Source: Patescibacteria group bacterium
Lineage (GTDB): Bacteria; Patescibacteriota; Patescibacteriia; Magasanikbacterales; GWA2-37-8
Direction of reading: 5' to 3'
Assembly: GCA_028688375.1 (NCBI GenBank)
Contig: JAQTYG010000002.1
Location: 3,841-67,840, forward strand
DNA: 64,000 nucleotides
Of this stretch, positions 27,339-37,169 are shown piece after piece; position 1 is the stretch's first letter, and the number at the start of each line of letters is the position of its first letter. Made by a program: the position numbers and the translations under genes. The notes under the pieces were generated by a model. The model was not told where the DNA came from and searched no databases. It worked only from the letters and a program-made list of their open reading frames with translations.

Positions 27339-29672
27339 ATGCGCGAAAATTTTGGCGCGATATCTAGCGGAAGAGAAATGTTTTTCGCACGAAAAGCCGA
27401 GCATGACAGCGTGAAAGAAACGGAGAGAATAAAAGAAATAGTATTGGACTATTGTTCTGACACAGGTATTTTGCGAGAAGAGAAAGGCCGGCGTATTTGG
27501 GACATCGCGGCCTTCAAGGATATTGATTTTAGGCATGCTGGTGCGAAAGAAGAAGTGCCGGTCAATAAACATGATTTCTTCCGGGCACTATGCACAGAGT
27601 CGGGCGTTTCTTTGGCGGATTATCAGTCGGCCGAAAAGAATGAGAAATTGAAAGATCGGCCGATTTTTTATTATCCCAGCAGTATCGACGATGCGATGTC
27701 GCCAAAGAAAATAGCGGCGAACGAGAGTTATATTGGTTATTGGGATTTAGGAACGGTCGTCAAGGATTGGTCCGTTCCGGTGGAACTTCCGTCAGGAGAA
27801 AATGTCGGACTAAATGAGTTGTTTATAACCAAAATGATTTTTGGCAAATTACACGGGCGCCGTGATGAAAAGGGCAATCTAATAGTAGATGACCCGGAAA
27901 CTAGCGAACCGGTGAAGTTTACTGCAAAAATATTTGACAGGAACTTTGGCGGCGTAGGGAAAAGAGGAGAAGGAGGAAATACCAGCTTTTCAACTCCAAT
28001 CGGATATTTGCAGAAAAATGCTCCACATATAATGGAAAGTGGCCTGTTGTTGTCGAGCGACTTTCGTTCATTAAGTGAGAAAAGCGGTAATATCTATCGG
28101 CATCGTTATTCGGTTGCGGCCAACGGCATCGCCTATATCGGCGGCGCAAAATATAGTCTTGGCGCAGATTTCGACAGTCGCAGACAACCTGAAAAACGAG
28201 GCGCTTATTTTGTTGTCGAGCTTGGGAAAGGTCTAGCGGGTATTATTGAAAAGAGTAGGGGAGGGTATGAATCCGTAACCCATGTATTTAAATTGAAAAA
28301 CGAAGAAGAAATCGAAAAAATTCGTGCCAACAGTGGCGAGAAGAAAAAACGTGGTGACGTGGTTTTTAAAAAAAATGACATAGAAATTTTGCCATATGGG
28401 AAGGCCGATTCGAATCGTCGTTTTAGCGGCGAATCAGGAAAGGAATATAGCAAACGCATGCGTTTGCTGGAGAACTGTGAGAGTACGGAAAAAATAGTCA
28501 ATGATATCTCTCTTAATACCGGCATCAGCGCGCATCGCGACTTGTCATGGCACGAACAAGAATGGCTGGCCGCTTCCGCCGGAAATATTGAAGGCATGAG
28601 CGGTGAAATCATAGCGCAGGCCAAGAAATTTGGCATTGATTTTCTGAGGTCTTTTTTATCGTGCGAATTTGGTATGGATTCAGGCAGAGCGATTATTGAT
28701 ATCGCCAAAAAGATTCCACCGGAAGTGTCAAAGAAATTATTTTACAAATATGGCGAATTTGTAAACGCGGCTGAAGAGGCAGCAGAAGATCTGGAAAATC
28801 AGTATGGAGTGGCGCTGACGGAAGTACAAAAAAATAGGATAATGGAAAAAATGTTGCGCCGCGGTCGTGACCTGTTGCTTAATTACGCCTCGAGAGCCGA
28901 AGCGGGAACACATGGACAAACTGCACAAGCAGAGGCGTTGCAAATGCTCAATGACCTGGAAAGAGTTCGGTCGGATATGGTATTATTCTCTGCCGTATTT
29001 AAGGAAGCCAATATTCCGTTAGAACAAATGAAAGATACGGAAGTCTCGTCTGTGAACGCGCGGTACATGAATAGGCCGGATAAAAAGCGAATGATGGAAT
29101 TAGCGGAAATGAATTATGGCAAAAGCCGAGTCGGTCAAGAAATCGTAAAGCCGTCGCTCGCCAAGGCGATGGAAGACCGAACCAATACATTCTATCTGCT
29201 TAAAAAAGACGACGAAGTAATAGGCGGATTTCGCATTCAAGACGCAAAGGATAAATATTATTTTGGTTCATTCAACATGGACCCGAATGCCAAGGCGAGC
29301 GGCCTAGGCAATGCCATGCTGGAAAAAGTTATTGCGGATTTGTCGCGAAAAAAACCGGTGGAAGCCGTCGCAGAAGCGGAAAAACCGGTCATTTCTTATT
29401 ATGTAAACAAATTGGGTTTCAGAATAGCTGAATTTTTACCGGATATGGCCGGCACAGGAGTGGACGGATTTAAAATAGTAAAGGACGGACAAAAAATTGA
29501 AGAGATTGAATCAAAAAAATATACGGATAAAAATAAGTTTATCCGCGACGTGCAGAAAAATATCGCCAACGGCGGGATTATCGTCGGTTATCGATATGAT
29601 GAGAAAGCCAAAGTATACGAAGTGAGTTATGGCAGAGTAAAAGAGCCGGTCCAAAAGCGCATGGCAGCCTAA
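27339..29672 (+). CDS. large hypothetical protein with C-terminal GNAT acetyltransferase domain
   Basis: YFGSFNMDP.AKASGLG..ML motif A; ATG 27339 lies after the palindromic repeat. Confidence 0.7.
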   Translation: MRENFGAISSGREMFFARKAEHDSVKETERIKEIVLDYCSDTGILREEKGRRIWDIAAFKDIDFRHAGAKEEVPVNKHDFFRALCTESGVSLADYQSAEKNEKLKDRPIFYYPSSIDDAMSPKKIAANESYIGYWDLGTVVKDWSVPVELPSGENVGLNELFITKMIFGKLHGRRDEKGNLIVDDPETSEPVKFTAKIFDRNFGGVGKRGEGGNTSFSTPIGYLQKNAPHIMESGLLLSSDFRSLSEKSGNIYRHRYSVAANGIAYIGGAKYSLGADFDSRRQPEKRGAYFVVELGKGLAGIIEKSRGGYESVTHVFKLKNEEEIEKIRANSGEKKKRGDVVFKKNDIEILPYGKADSNRRFSGESGKEYSKRMRLLENCESTEKIVNDISLNTGISAHRDLSWHEQEWLAASAGNIEGMSGEIIAQAKKFGIDFLRSFLSCEFGMDSGRAIIDIAKKIPPEVSKKLFYKYGEFVNAAEEAAEDLENQYGVALTEVQKNRIMEKMLRRGRDLLLNYASRAEAGTHGQTAQAEALQMLNDLERVRSDMVLFSAVFKEANIPLEQMKDTEVSSVNARYMNRPDKKRMMELAEMNYGKSRVGQEIVKPSLAKAMEDRTNTFYLLKKDDEVIGGFRIQDAKDKYYFGSFNMDPNAKASGLGNAMLEKVIADLSRKKPVEAVAEAEKPVISYYVNKLGFRIAEFLPDMAGTGVDGFKIVKDGQKIEEIESKKYTDKNKFIRDVQKNIANGGIIVGYRYDEKAKVYEVSYGRVKEPVQKRMAA

Positions 29673-30475
29673 GTTGTTGCGCTCATATCATACATACTTT
29701 TCGGTTTCAGTTCGTTCGGAAATTTCGTTGTTGCCCACAAATACTCAAATAAACTGCGAAACATTTCATAAATAATTTTATCTTCGATTATCACCCCGAT
29801 GAGGGATTTACTGGATAGAGTGGTAAAAGAAATTTTGCCGGCGTATATTTGCAGAAGAGTGGAAGAAAAACTTATCGGGGCGGCGGTCAAAAATTTAAAC
29901 TTGGTCAGCTCGGAATCATAGTCGGTAGTCATGTTGCGGTTAAAAGCGGAATCATTTGAAATGATCCGCTTTATTATTTTTTTTGCTTTTCTTTCTTTCA
30001 AATACAGATCGTTTAATTTGCTGAATTCATGAATAGTAAACTCAACGTCGCCCATGGTCAGAACCTCGCCTGTCTGCGCCAGAGTATCCCACCATACTTT
30101 TTTGATACCGTCTTCGCCTTCAAAAAACCGCACACCCGGCCGGCCGGCGGCGAGGTTGAAAGAGGAAAGGAGGTTGGGCAAAACGCCGTCAATGGCGTTT
30201 TTAGCCGAAAGAGCCGCCTGTTCGCGCTCTTCCACAAAGTCGCGCAGTTTATTGGGGTGGCTGGCAATAAAGCCGGCCACTTTGCCCTCTGGTTCGTTCT
30301 TTTGGACCAGCCCCTTGGCCTCCAAGTCGGCCAATACCTTGTATGCCAAACTACGCTTTAGGCCTGATTCAGCCGCTATTTGAGTGGCTTTTTGCTCGCC
30401 TTTTTGCAATAAAAGCTCATAGATTAGCGCTTCTTTGGCCGAAAGGCCGGTTTGAGTGAGAATGTTTTCGTACAT
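29669..30475 (-). CDS. TrmB-family transcriptional regulator
   Basis: GLS.KEA.IY..LL, HTH, KGLV; GRPGVRFFEG..GIK; IYAGKIS. Confidence 0.88.
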   Translation of the reverse strand: MYENILTQTGLSAKEALIYELLLQKGEQKATQIAAESGLKRSLAYKVLADLEAKGLVQKNEPEGKVAGFIASHPNKLRDFVEEREQAALSAKNAIDGVLPNLLSSFNLAAGRPGVRFFEGEDGIKKVWWDTLAQTGEVLTMGDVEFTIHEFSKLNDLYLKERKAKKIIKRIISNDSAFNRNMTTDYDSELTKFKFLTAAPISFSSTLLQIYAGKISFTTLSSKSLIGVIIEDKIIYEMFRSLFEYLWATTKFPNELKPKSMYDMSATT

Positions 30476-30639
30476 AAGATAGTTAATTGGTTGATTAGTT
30501 TATCGGTTTATTAATTATATAATAACACACTTTAGCTATTTTGTCAAGAGCGATTGACAAAAATATACAGAAAGTTAGCTAAAATTTTGCTTTAATTAAC
30601 CTAAAATTCATAAAAAATGAGCATATTTGTTCTATAATC

Positions 30640-30668
30640 TTGACATTTCTATCTAGATATGGTATACT
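30640..30668 (+). promoter_or_regulatory. sigma70 promoter divergent from the TrmB gene
   Basis: TTGACA-17-TATACT with extended TG. Confidence 0.75.
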
Positions 30669-31554
30669 GTATTCATCAAGATCGAAAAAGGACTTGATGC
30701 AATCGCACCTTACAGAAGACGGCTGATGACAGAACTCGCTTCAGGAGAGAAGAAGCGGGCGGACACAAAGCCGGATTCACTAAACGGGACGGCGACGGTT
30801 TGCCTCTGGATAGCGGAGAGATATAGATAGAGGCGAAACGTTGCTCCCTGTGGAGTGAAAAAAGTTGTCATTCTGAGCGAAGCGAAGAATCTTTACAATA
30901 TATACGATTACCGTTGGAGAGAGCGGTGGCCAATTTACAAGAATAACAAGAGTTCTCTCCATTTAAAGAGAACTCTTTTTGTTTCGGTAAAGGAGAGACG
31001 GGAAAACGGCCTATCAATAACAAATAGTAATTGTGGCCAAACATTTACCCTCTCCTTTACCGGAGTAAAATCCGGTTCGTTCATTGGTTCTTTATAACAT
31101 GATTTCATATTGCCAGTTGAGACAGGAGAGAAATCTCCATCGGCGACATGAAATATGTCTGACTTACTTTTTACCTATTATATAGGTGGAAAGATCGGAT
31201 GCGGTTGATGGGCAGATTTGCGGGAACGCGAACTGTTCCACCGGCATCCGACTACTCGCTTGTCAGAGCGCGTAGTACCGAGTGCAACCCGTCCTAATAC
31301 TTCGCAAGAAGAATTGGGACAGGGACAATCGGCGCTACAGAGAGAGTGGCGACGAAGTACTTTGACAATTTACTTTCAGAAGACAGCAACAGGCCGCTGT
31401 GTCATCCTGAGCGGATCCGCCGACAAGCGGAGAAGTCGAAGGATCCCTTCGGCGCAATCGTTGTTGGTGTTTTTTGAAGGCGCCATCACAAGGTGTGATG
31501 GCGCAAAAACAACAAACCCCGGCGCCGTGGGTGAAACGGGCGAGTGAGGGAAAA

Positions 31555-32742
31555 ATGAAAGTTGTCGTGTGCGGACCGCCGCACAGCGGCAAGTCCGTGT
31601 TTCTCACGGGTCTCGTCGGTCAGTTGGACCGACGGGACTACTACCTTTTTCGGGCCTGCCCGGATGGCGAAGGGAGCTGGACGTATGCCCATGAGGGCAA
31701 CGCGGCTCTCCGCCGCAAGGGCGGGTTCACCACGGAATTCGTGGAGTGGTGCGTCCGCACTCTCCACAACAACAACATGGCTCCCTGTGTCCTGGTGGAT
31801 GTGGGGGGACGAATGACGGCCGAGAACCGGCGGATCATGGCGGAGTGCGACTTCGCTATCATCCTCGCCGGCGATCCGGCCGCCATCGGCGAGTGGCGGA
31901 ACTTCTGCTCCGAGTGTGGCTTGGCAGTAATCGCCGAGCTGCATTCGGACTACCGCGGCCGAAAGGACGTGGTCGAATGTGAGAGTCCGGTGGTGCGCGG
32001 CAGCGTGCATCACCTCGAACGGGGGGAAGACGTCACGAGTCGGCCCGCGATAGAAGCGGTGGGTCGCCTCATTAACCGGCTGCTCGACGAGCAGCGCAGG
32101 GAGAGGGAGAAAAAAATGGACAATATCGTGAACGCCATCACCGTCCTGATCGCCGAGCTGGCCGTGGCCCTCGGCAAGCAGAAGGTCAAGAAGACCTTGC
32201 CGAACGGCAAGGTCATCGAGACCATCGAATGGCTGGGCGAGGACCTCCGGTCCTTGTCCCGGCTCCTGCACTCCAAGTCGGCGGAGTACGCCGGCAAGGA
32301 CGTGAGGATCGACGGGGGAGCTCCGGGCTTCCTCGTTGCCGCCCTGGTGCACGAGTTGCACCCGGCGGACGTGTCGGTGAACTCACCGGATGGGTTCATT
32401 CCCATCCGGTGCCAGTCGCCCGAAGGCGACGGGCGCGGGGATAACCTGCGGTTCCGCGTCGAGGACCGGGGCGATTTCACCCTGGTTACCGCGGAGCAGC
32501 AGGATCCGTCCCGCCCCCTCGACCCGGCCAAGCTGGGCGAGATTGCCCCACCCGACGTGCCGATGGGGACCATCGTGGTCCTCAACGGCAGGATGCCCCA
32601 CTGGCTTTTGGCCAGTCTGGGCATGAGCTACCACGGCCGGACCAAGGCCGTGGCGGCCAACCAGCCGGGGCTGGGGGCGACGGTGTTCATGACCCACTCG
32701 GCTTCGGTCGAGTTGGGCTCGATGATCACGGTTGCGCTCTAG
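31555..32742 (+). CDS. P-loop NTPase fused to tandem Csx3/Crn3-like domains
   Basis: GPPHSGKS, RACPDGEG.W, VDVGG; C-terminal IDGGAPGFLVAALVHELHP and VVLNGRMPHWL...YH...PGLGA...THS resemble Csx3 ring-nuclease domains. Confidence 0.72.
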   Translation: MKVVVCGPPHSGKSVFLTGLVGQLDRRDYYLFRACPDGEGSWTYAHEGNAALRRKGGFTTEFVEWCVRTLHNNNMAPCVLVDVGGRMTAENRRIMAECDFAIILAGDPAAIGEWRNFCSECGLAVIAELHSDYRGRKDVVECESPVVRGSVHHLERGEDVTSRPAIEAVGRLINRLLDEQRREREKKMDNIVNAITVLIAELAVALGKQKVKKTLPNGKVIETIEWLGEDLRSLSRLLHSKSAEYAGKDVRIDGGAPGFLVAALVHELHPADVSVNSPDGFIPIRCQSPEGDGRGDNLRFRVEDRGDFTLVTAEQQDPSRPLDPAKLGEIAPPDVPMGTIVVLNGRMPHWLLASLGMSYHGRTKAVAANQPGLGATVFMTHSASVELGSMITVAL

Positions 32743-32811
32743 GCGATACGAAAAAAATCTCACACCCGTGAGTTGCGGCAAATCCTAACCGCGTAAAACG
32801 ACAGGTCGACT

Positions 32812-32901
32812 CGCATCCGTAACTGCGCGCCAGTCCGAGTAAGGCGTGAATCTCGGAAACACTCGGAGGCCGACATCGCACATGTCGGCCCTCCAATTAC
32901 C
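32812..32901 (+). ncRNA. structured repeat motif, copy 1
   Basis: CCGTAACTG, CCGAGT/ACTCGGA, hairpin with YGCAC loop, CTCCAATTACC, all shared with 33784-33880. Confidence 0.55.
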
Positions 32902-32966
32902 GCACCAAATGCTTTGGCGCGGTTGAGGAGAAAACAAACGGGTCAAAGTGACCCAAAGGAGAGGCA

Positions 32967-33773
32967 ATGGAAAACAATATCAACAGCGACACTACCACCA
33001 ACTCCGACAACGACCGCGACATCGTCGCGGAAGCCGCCGAGCGGTACGCCGAAGGGCGCCAGCAAGCCATCGAGGTCTGCCGCGTCGTGGCGGAGGCGGC
33101 GAGGGTCCGGCGCGTTAAGGATGACGTGCCGGAATGCGTCGCGGGCGCTGCCCGCGACTTCCTGGCGAAGGCGACGGCGCCGGCCCGACACGAGTCCCGT
33201 GTCGCGGCCACCGTCGCGTGCGCGCGCGCATGGATTCGCGCCTTCGGGCGCGAGTCCATTGAGGAGTACGAGGACATCTGCGTCCTCATTCTCCTCATCG
33301 CCGACCTGTTCGGGGTCGGCGGTCCGAACGGGTTGGGTGGCGCCACCAGGCGCCACCCGGCTTTCACCGCCCTTGGAAAGGGGCGGTGGCAGGCCAGTGA
33401 CGGCAGCGCCTACCGCGCCGCCGTCGTCGGCGCCGCGGCCGAGCTTTTCAACAAGCTCGGCTCCGTCGTCGTCGACGCCGAGGGGTCCATCAGGACCCAC
33501 TCGGCGGTGATCGACAGCGACTGGGCGGTGGAGGCCATCGGCGAGCCCGAGTTCGCCGAGGCGTTCTTGCGCCACCTCCTGCTCGTCCTCGCCGGTCCAG
33601 AGAAAATCTGGAGCGTGTTCGACACGGGCAACTGGTGGGGGATTGAGCTCCCCCAGGGCGAGGACCGGCGCACGGCCATCGCGGCCGTTTCCGCCTCATT
33701 CAACGACGCGCATCGCATGATGTGCGTCGGAAAGGAGGATGTTACCGTGCCGGCCGACGAGACCGGCTGGTAG
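32967..33773 (+). CDS. hypothetical GC-rich protein
   Basis: AAGGAGAGG SD, strong GC3 bias. Confidence 0.7.
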   Translation: MENNINSDTTTNSDNDRDIVAEAAERYAEGRQQAIEVCRVVAEAARVRRVKDDVPECVAGAARDFLAKATAPARHESRVAATVACARAWIRAFGRESIEEYEDICVLILLIADLFGVGGPNGLGGATRRHPAFTALGKGRWQASDGSAYRAAVVGAAAELFNKLGSVVVDAEGSIRTHSAVIDSDWAVEAIGEPEFAEAFLRHLLLVLAGPEKIWSVFDTGNWWGIELPQGEDRRTAIAAVSASFNDAHRMMCVGKEDVTVPADETGW

Positions 33774-33783
33774 ACAACACACG

Positions 33784-33880
33784 CGCACCGTAACTGTGCT
33801 AAACACAACCCGAGTTGAACGTTACGGGTTCAGCTTTATCACTCGGACGGGCGAATTGCACATTCGCCCCTCCAATTACC
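33784..33880 (+). ncRNA. structured repeat motif, copy 2
   Basis: Same motif order as copy 1 with compensatory stem changes. Confidence 0.55.
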
Positions 33881-34197
33881 ATAATATTATTCTGGATTCC
33901 CGCCTACGCGGGAATGACAAAATAAAACTATGGTTGAGGAGGAAAACCCGGAAGATTTCCATTCAAAGGAATCTCTCCTCCCGCGAAACGGGAATCGAAA
34001 GGGTTTAATCTGAAATTAAAAAACCCCGGCGTAAAGCCGAGGTTTTTTAATTTATTATTGCCGAAGGGATCCTTCCCCGCCCAAGGCGGGTCAGGATGAC
34101 CCCCCACCACTTTTAATTTCTAACACGCTAATAAATAAAGCCCTGTTATCTAACAGGGCTTTTTGTGAACTGAGCTTGTTGCAAAAGTGGTGGGGGG

Positions 34198-35346
34198 TCA
34201 CTTTTCGCTTCTCACTATTATTTTCAGTTTATCCGGCACGCCCGGCGCTTTGCTCACCCAGCTTGGGGTGAATTTGATATTCATGCCGGTGACATGGGGG
34301 AGAGAAACAATATATCGTTCGATTTCACCTTTTTCTTTGTTTAAAAAGTTTTCTTTGTTTAATAATGGCGCATCCGGCGCTAAAGTGACGAAGGCCTCGG
34401 CCGCCACCGCCAACTGGGCGCTCTGATTGGTAAAATCAGTGGCCGCCAAAGTGATTTTCGGGTTATCGCCCACCGAAAGAATTTTTTCCGACGCCGCGTC
34501 AACGCTACCGGCGATTTCTTTGTTTATAATATCGGCCAAATCTTTTTTATTATATCTGATCAAAGTCAGGGTGCTGGTGCCGGACAGGGAAAATTCCGCC
34601 ACTTCGTCGCCGACTTCGTGCGAAGGCGCGATGCCGGTGTCTCCGACCCCGATAATCACCTGGTCATATTGGCTACCGGCGACCGGGAAGGCGCTCAAGT
34701 AGGCCTGTTTTATTTTTTCGGAAAAATCAGTTTGGGCGGATTTAATGTCGTTTTCGGTTACGGCCCCGACTTTACCCGAACCGCCGGACATTGGTTTGGT
34801 ACTTTCGGCGTAGATTACTTTTTGTTTTTCCGTGTTCAAACCGGGGATGGTAAATTTGCTCGGGCCGATGTCGCCGCCCAATCCGGATTGATCGGCGTAA
34901 ACCGCTGCCGTGATTTGTCCATTGGCTGGAATGATAACGCGGTCGGATAGCCGGAACAAAACCCCTTCTGGTGTAAGAAAGCGGGTGGTTTTAACCAAGG
35001 TTTGGCTTTCGTTGGTGGTGTTATAGATAACCAACTCGCCTTTGGCCACGCCCTCAACCAGTTTAGTGCCGGTGGGGAAGTATTTTTCCGTCCAATAAAA
35101 TTTAGTGGTGGTGACTAGCGCCGGCAAAGATTTTTCGCCATTTTTTCGCGCCTCAGCGGTGATAATGATATTAACCGTTTCCGCGTCTTCCTTGGCGATA
35201 ATGGTAATCTCCGTTTTCTTGAACATGGTGAAAATTACCACGCCGAGCAGGACTACGGTAATAAACAAAAACGAGAGCGCGATCGTGCGATAAACGCGCA
35301 CCGAGGGTTCCGCCGGCAGGCGAGTTTGTAAACGATGAGCGATCAT
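34198..35346 (-). CDS. hypothetical single-TM protein (baseplate-J-like domain type common in CPR)
   Basis: AKG.L.IYN...Q.LV.TTRF...G.LFR...V.IP...V.AD..G...IGPS.FTIPGL. Confidence 0.6.
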   Translation of the reverse strand: MIAHRLQTRLPAEPSVRVYRTIALSFLFITVVLLGVVIFTMFKKTEITIIAKEDAETVNIIITAEARKNGEKSLPALVTTTKFYWTEKYFPTGTKLVEGVAKGELVIYNTTNESQTLVKTTRFLTPEGVLFRLSDRVIIPANGQITAAVYADQSGLGGDIGPSKFTIPGLNTEKQKVIYAESTKPMSGGSGKVGAVTENDIKSAQTDFSEKIKQAYLSAFPVAGSQYDQVIIGVGDTGIAPSHEVGDEVAEFSLSGTSTLTLIRYNKKDLADIINKEIAGSVDAASEKILSVGDNPKITLAATDFTNQSAQLAVAAEAFVTLAPDAPLLNKENFLNKEKGEIERYIVSLPHVTGMNIKFTPSWVSKAPGVPDKLKIIVRSEK

Positions 35347-35449
35347 AAATAGAAAACAGTAAATAGTAAATAGAAAACAGAAAATTGCGAATTATACGGT
35401 GCCTGTTTTCTGCTTTCCGTTTTCTGTTTACTTATATTATTATATCACA

Positions 35450-37165
35450 TTATTCCGCTACCTCGAACACCTCATCAACACTGGTTAATTTATCCAGCGC
35501 CTTGAGCATGCCGTCCTGTACCATGGTGACCATGCCATTTTTTACGGCGATTTCCTGGATAGTATATTCGGAGACTTGTCCGCTCAAAATATTCGTTTCA
35601 ATTTCTTTGTTCATGGTGAAAATTTCGTAAATACCGACGCGTCCCTTATAGCCCAAACCACTGCATTTCGGGCAGCCTTTGCCGGCGTAAAAATGCAGAT
35701 CGTTGAAATTAACATTCTTTTTTTCCGCCTCCGGCAAATCATTTAAAATTTTCATCACTCGTTCCATTTTTTCCGCGTCCAATTTAACCTCTTCTTTACA
35801 AGATTCGCAGATGCGGCGAACGAGACGCTGGCCGATAATGGCGTTCAGCGCCGGCGCCAGCAAGAACGGCTTTACTCCCATGGAAAGAAAACGAGGCAGG
35901 GCGCCGGAAGCCGAGTTGGTATGGATGGTAGATAACATCAGGTGGCCGGTGAGAGCCGCTTGAATGGCGATTTCCGCTGTTTCCAGGTCGCGGATTTCGC
36001 CGACCATACAAATATCCGGGTCTTGGCGCAGAATTGAACGCAAGCCCTTGGCGAACGTATAGTCTCGGCTGGCGTCAACCTGGCTTTGGTTGATGCCTTC
36101 CATTTTAATTTCCACCGGATCTTCCAAAGTAATAATTTTTACGCCCGGTTTATTCAAGGTGCGCAAAATCGCATACATGGTGGTGGTTTTACCGGAACCG
36201 GTCGGACCGGTGGTGATAATCATGCCGTTGGGGCGCTCCACTTCATGGCGCAGGCGCTCGTAGGCTTCGCCACGCAGGCCCAAATCGTCGTAAGTCACGC
36301 CTTTGGAGCCACTGTGCAAGATGCGCATCACCACGCTCTCGCCATAGGTGGTCGGCATGGTGGAAACGCGGACATCGATGGAGCTGGAAGCCAGTTTCAG
36401 AGTGACACGGCCATCCTGGGGCTTGTCGGTCACGTTAATCTTTAAACCGGCCAGCAGTTTAATGCGCGAAATAAATCTTTTCCAATCTTCTTTGGGCAGG
36501 TCGGCCACATCGTGTAGCACGCCGTCAATGCGATAGCGAACGGCGATGCCTTTTTCTTCGGCCTCCACGTGGATATCGGAAGAGTTTGTTTTCAAGGCCG
36601 CCGCGATCATCAGCGTTAAGATATCGGTGATGGACACGTTTTTGAATTGTTCGGCCAGGGTTTGTAAATTGGCGATGCTTTCCTGAAATTTGTTTAATTC
36701 CTCGTCAGTGATGTTGATGTCTTTGGAAATCGGTTTAATGATCGGCAGAGTGGCGTAAAGTTTAAAAACCGTTTCTAAACTGTTGGCCGAGATGATATAT
36801 AATTGTGGTTTGACGTGGTGACGTTCGCCGAGTTGATAAGCATACTCATTGACTGCTTCATCCACCTCTAAAACCGCCAGTCGCATATCATCCGGAGTGA
36901 AATAGAAACACACGATTTTTTTCTCGCGCGCTTCGGCTTCCGGGATGATTTTGAGCGATTCGGCCGAGACCGGAAATCCGACCATGTTGATGTAGGGCAA
37001 ATTTAGTCCGGCCGCTTTGGCGGCGGTTTCTTCTTCTTTGGCTTTCAAATCAAGATCGTGCATTTTTTGGTCGAACTTTTCCTGTGTCGTCGGCGCGTTG
37101 GAAGTTTTTTTAACCGCCCCGCCTGGTTTTTTGACTAAGTCACTGATTGTGGGGAAGTCGGACAT
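35450..37165 (-). CDS. type IV pilus/T2SS assembly ATPase (PilB/GspE family)
   Basis: SDIHVE, PQDGR, GPTGSGKTTT, LRQDPD..VGEIRD, CxxC pairs. Confidence 0.95.
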   Translation of the reverse strand: MSDFPTISDLVKKPGGAVKKTSNAPTTQEKFDQKMHDLDLKAKEEETAAKAAGLNLPYINMVGFPVSAESLKIIPEAEAREKKIVCFYFTPDDMRLAVLEVDEAVNEYAYQLGERHHVKPQLYIISANSLETVFKLYATLPIIKPISKDINITDEELNKFQESIANLQTLAEQFKNVSITDILTLMIAAALKTNSSDIHVEAEEKGIAVRYRIDGVLHDVADLPKEDWKRFISRIKLLAGLKINVTDKPQDGRVTLKLASSSIDVRVSTMPTTYGESVVMRILHSGSKGVTYDDLGLRGEAYERLRHEVERPNGMIITTGPTGSGKTTTMYAILRTLNKPGVKIITLEDPVEIKMEGINQSQVDASRDYTFAKGLRSILRQDPDICMVGEIRDLETAEIAIQAALTGHLMLSTIHTNSASGALPRFLSMGVKPFLLAPALNAIIGQRLVRRICESCKEEVKLDAEKMERVMKILNDLPEAEKKNVNFNDLHFYAGKGCPKCSGLGYKGRVGIYEIFTMNKEIETNILSGQVSEYTIQEIAVKNGMVTMVQDGMLKALDKLTSVDEVFEVAE

Positions 37166-37169
37166 AGAT

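Noticed and set aside
31486-33575. Long antisense/alternative-frame ORFs in GC-rich genes (also 8128, 8131, 17477)
   Set aside because: Shadow ORFs expected from high GC3 bias
30670-34110. CRISPR array near the Csx3-like gene
   Set aside because: No regularly spaced identical repeats with unique spacers found
34198-35346. Prophage inferred from baseplate-like protein
   Set aside because: No other phage genes nearby; has a TM anchor and housekeeping context
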